Shown here: one piece after another, positions 45,161 to 45,510 of the stretch
Layout of the letters: every line of letters starts with the position of its first letter
Position numbering within the stretch: position 1 is the first letter of the stretch
Virus record (IMG/VR): IMGVR_UViG_2778261177_000004
Location: 1 to 45,510 of that record
From: a virus
Lineage: Duplodnaviria > Heunggongvirae > Uroviricota > Caudoviricetes
Length of the DNA stretch: 45,510 bases
Strand: one strand, 5' to 3'
Position numbers and translations under genes: made by a program
Notes under the pieces: generated by a model
The model's input: the letters and a program-made list of their open reading frames with translations, nothing else
Databases searched by the model: none
Told to the model about the DNA's origin: nothing

Positions 45161-45510
45161 AGGTTTAACGCCCGCACAACTGGCAGAGCGTAACGCTGAG
45201 TATGTAACGGAAATTTCCCGACTTGAGAAAGAGCGCGCGGCGCTGGCGGCGGAGAATGCTCTTGCTCGTAAAGCTGTTCAGGCATTCTGTGAGGTTGTTG
45301 GCGACAACACTGAGATTATCTCCGAGTTGGTTGGGCAAGATGGCGTTCTGGTTATTTTGAAGGCCATGAAGGCAACAGGAAATATGTCAGCCACCGACGC
45401 TTTCCTGGCTGAAATACGTGCGGAGGCACGCAACGAGGGGATTAACTACACCGCAAGCCGTCTTGCTGCTGCGTTCAATCACGGATTTATCAATAAGTCT
45501 TTGCGTGAAG
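45150..45510 (+). CDS. hypothetical protein (3'-partial, runs off the window end)
   Basis: ATG at 45150 with an AAGGAGAG RBS; open frame to the window edge; overlaps the upstream stop by 11 nt. Confidence 0.4.
   Translation, partial: MKSEGLTPAQLAERNAEYVTEISRLEKERAALAAENALARKAVQAFCEVVGDNTEIISELVGQDGVLVILKAMKATGNMSATDAFLAEIRAEARNEGINYTASRLAAAFNHGFINKSLRE

Noticed and set aside
1-45510. Insertion sequences, transposases, integrases or rRNA genes
   Set aside because: No ORF shows DDE transposase, tyrosine/serine recombinase or rRNA signatures and no terminal inverted repeats bracketing a transposase-like gene were seen. The cargo loci appear to be acquired without an adjacent mobility gene inside this window.

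Overview
This 45.5-kb window reads as a segment of a P1-like temperate myovirus that is maintained as a plasmid prophage (phage-plasmid), most likely from an enterobacterial host. All calls are based on reading the sequence and ORF translations by eye; no database search or folding was run. The minus strand carries a long morphogenetic block: putative major head protein, Ig-like decoration protein, tail sheath, tail tube, a 1287-aa injection/tape-measure-like protein, gp25-like and other baseplate proteins, a 1423-aa tail fiber with internal tandem repeats, and a tail fiber assembly gene. That block is interrupted by an iteron-type replicon (Rep_3-family RepA with iterons on both sides). A second block holds a ParM/ParR partition locus, a ParA(ParF-like)/ParG locus, Dam and C5-methyltransferase-like genes, an RdgC homolog and a baseplate hub/spike cluster. 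The 3' third looks like an accessory region: HigB/HigA, two AT-rich cargo loci, an antirepressor module with P1 immI-like architecture, and a clear homolog of P1 Ref. The most interesting candidate is an AT-rich three-gene operon (38735-40739) encoding a small helical protein, an HExxH metallopeptidase-like protein and a dCTP-deaminase-fold protein, which I propose as a possible undescribed nucleotide-depletion defence or addiction module. Other notable signals are a hix/gix/cix-like invertase site inside the tail fiber gene with convergent tail fiber assembly genes, a near-identical 762-bp duplication in the tail fiber, and a recurring palindromic operator-like motif (TGTGTTAGAAAAT) at several promoters. 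Coordinates of non-ORF features are approximate to a few nucleotides.
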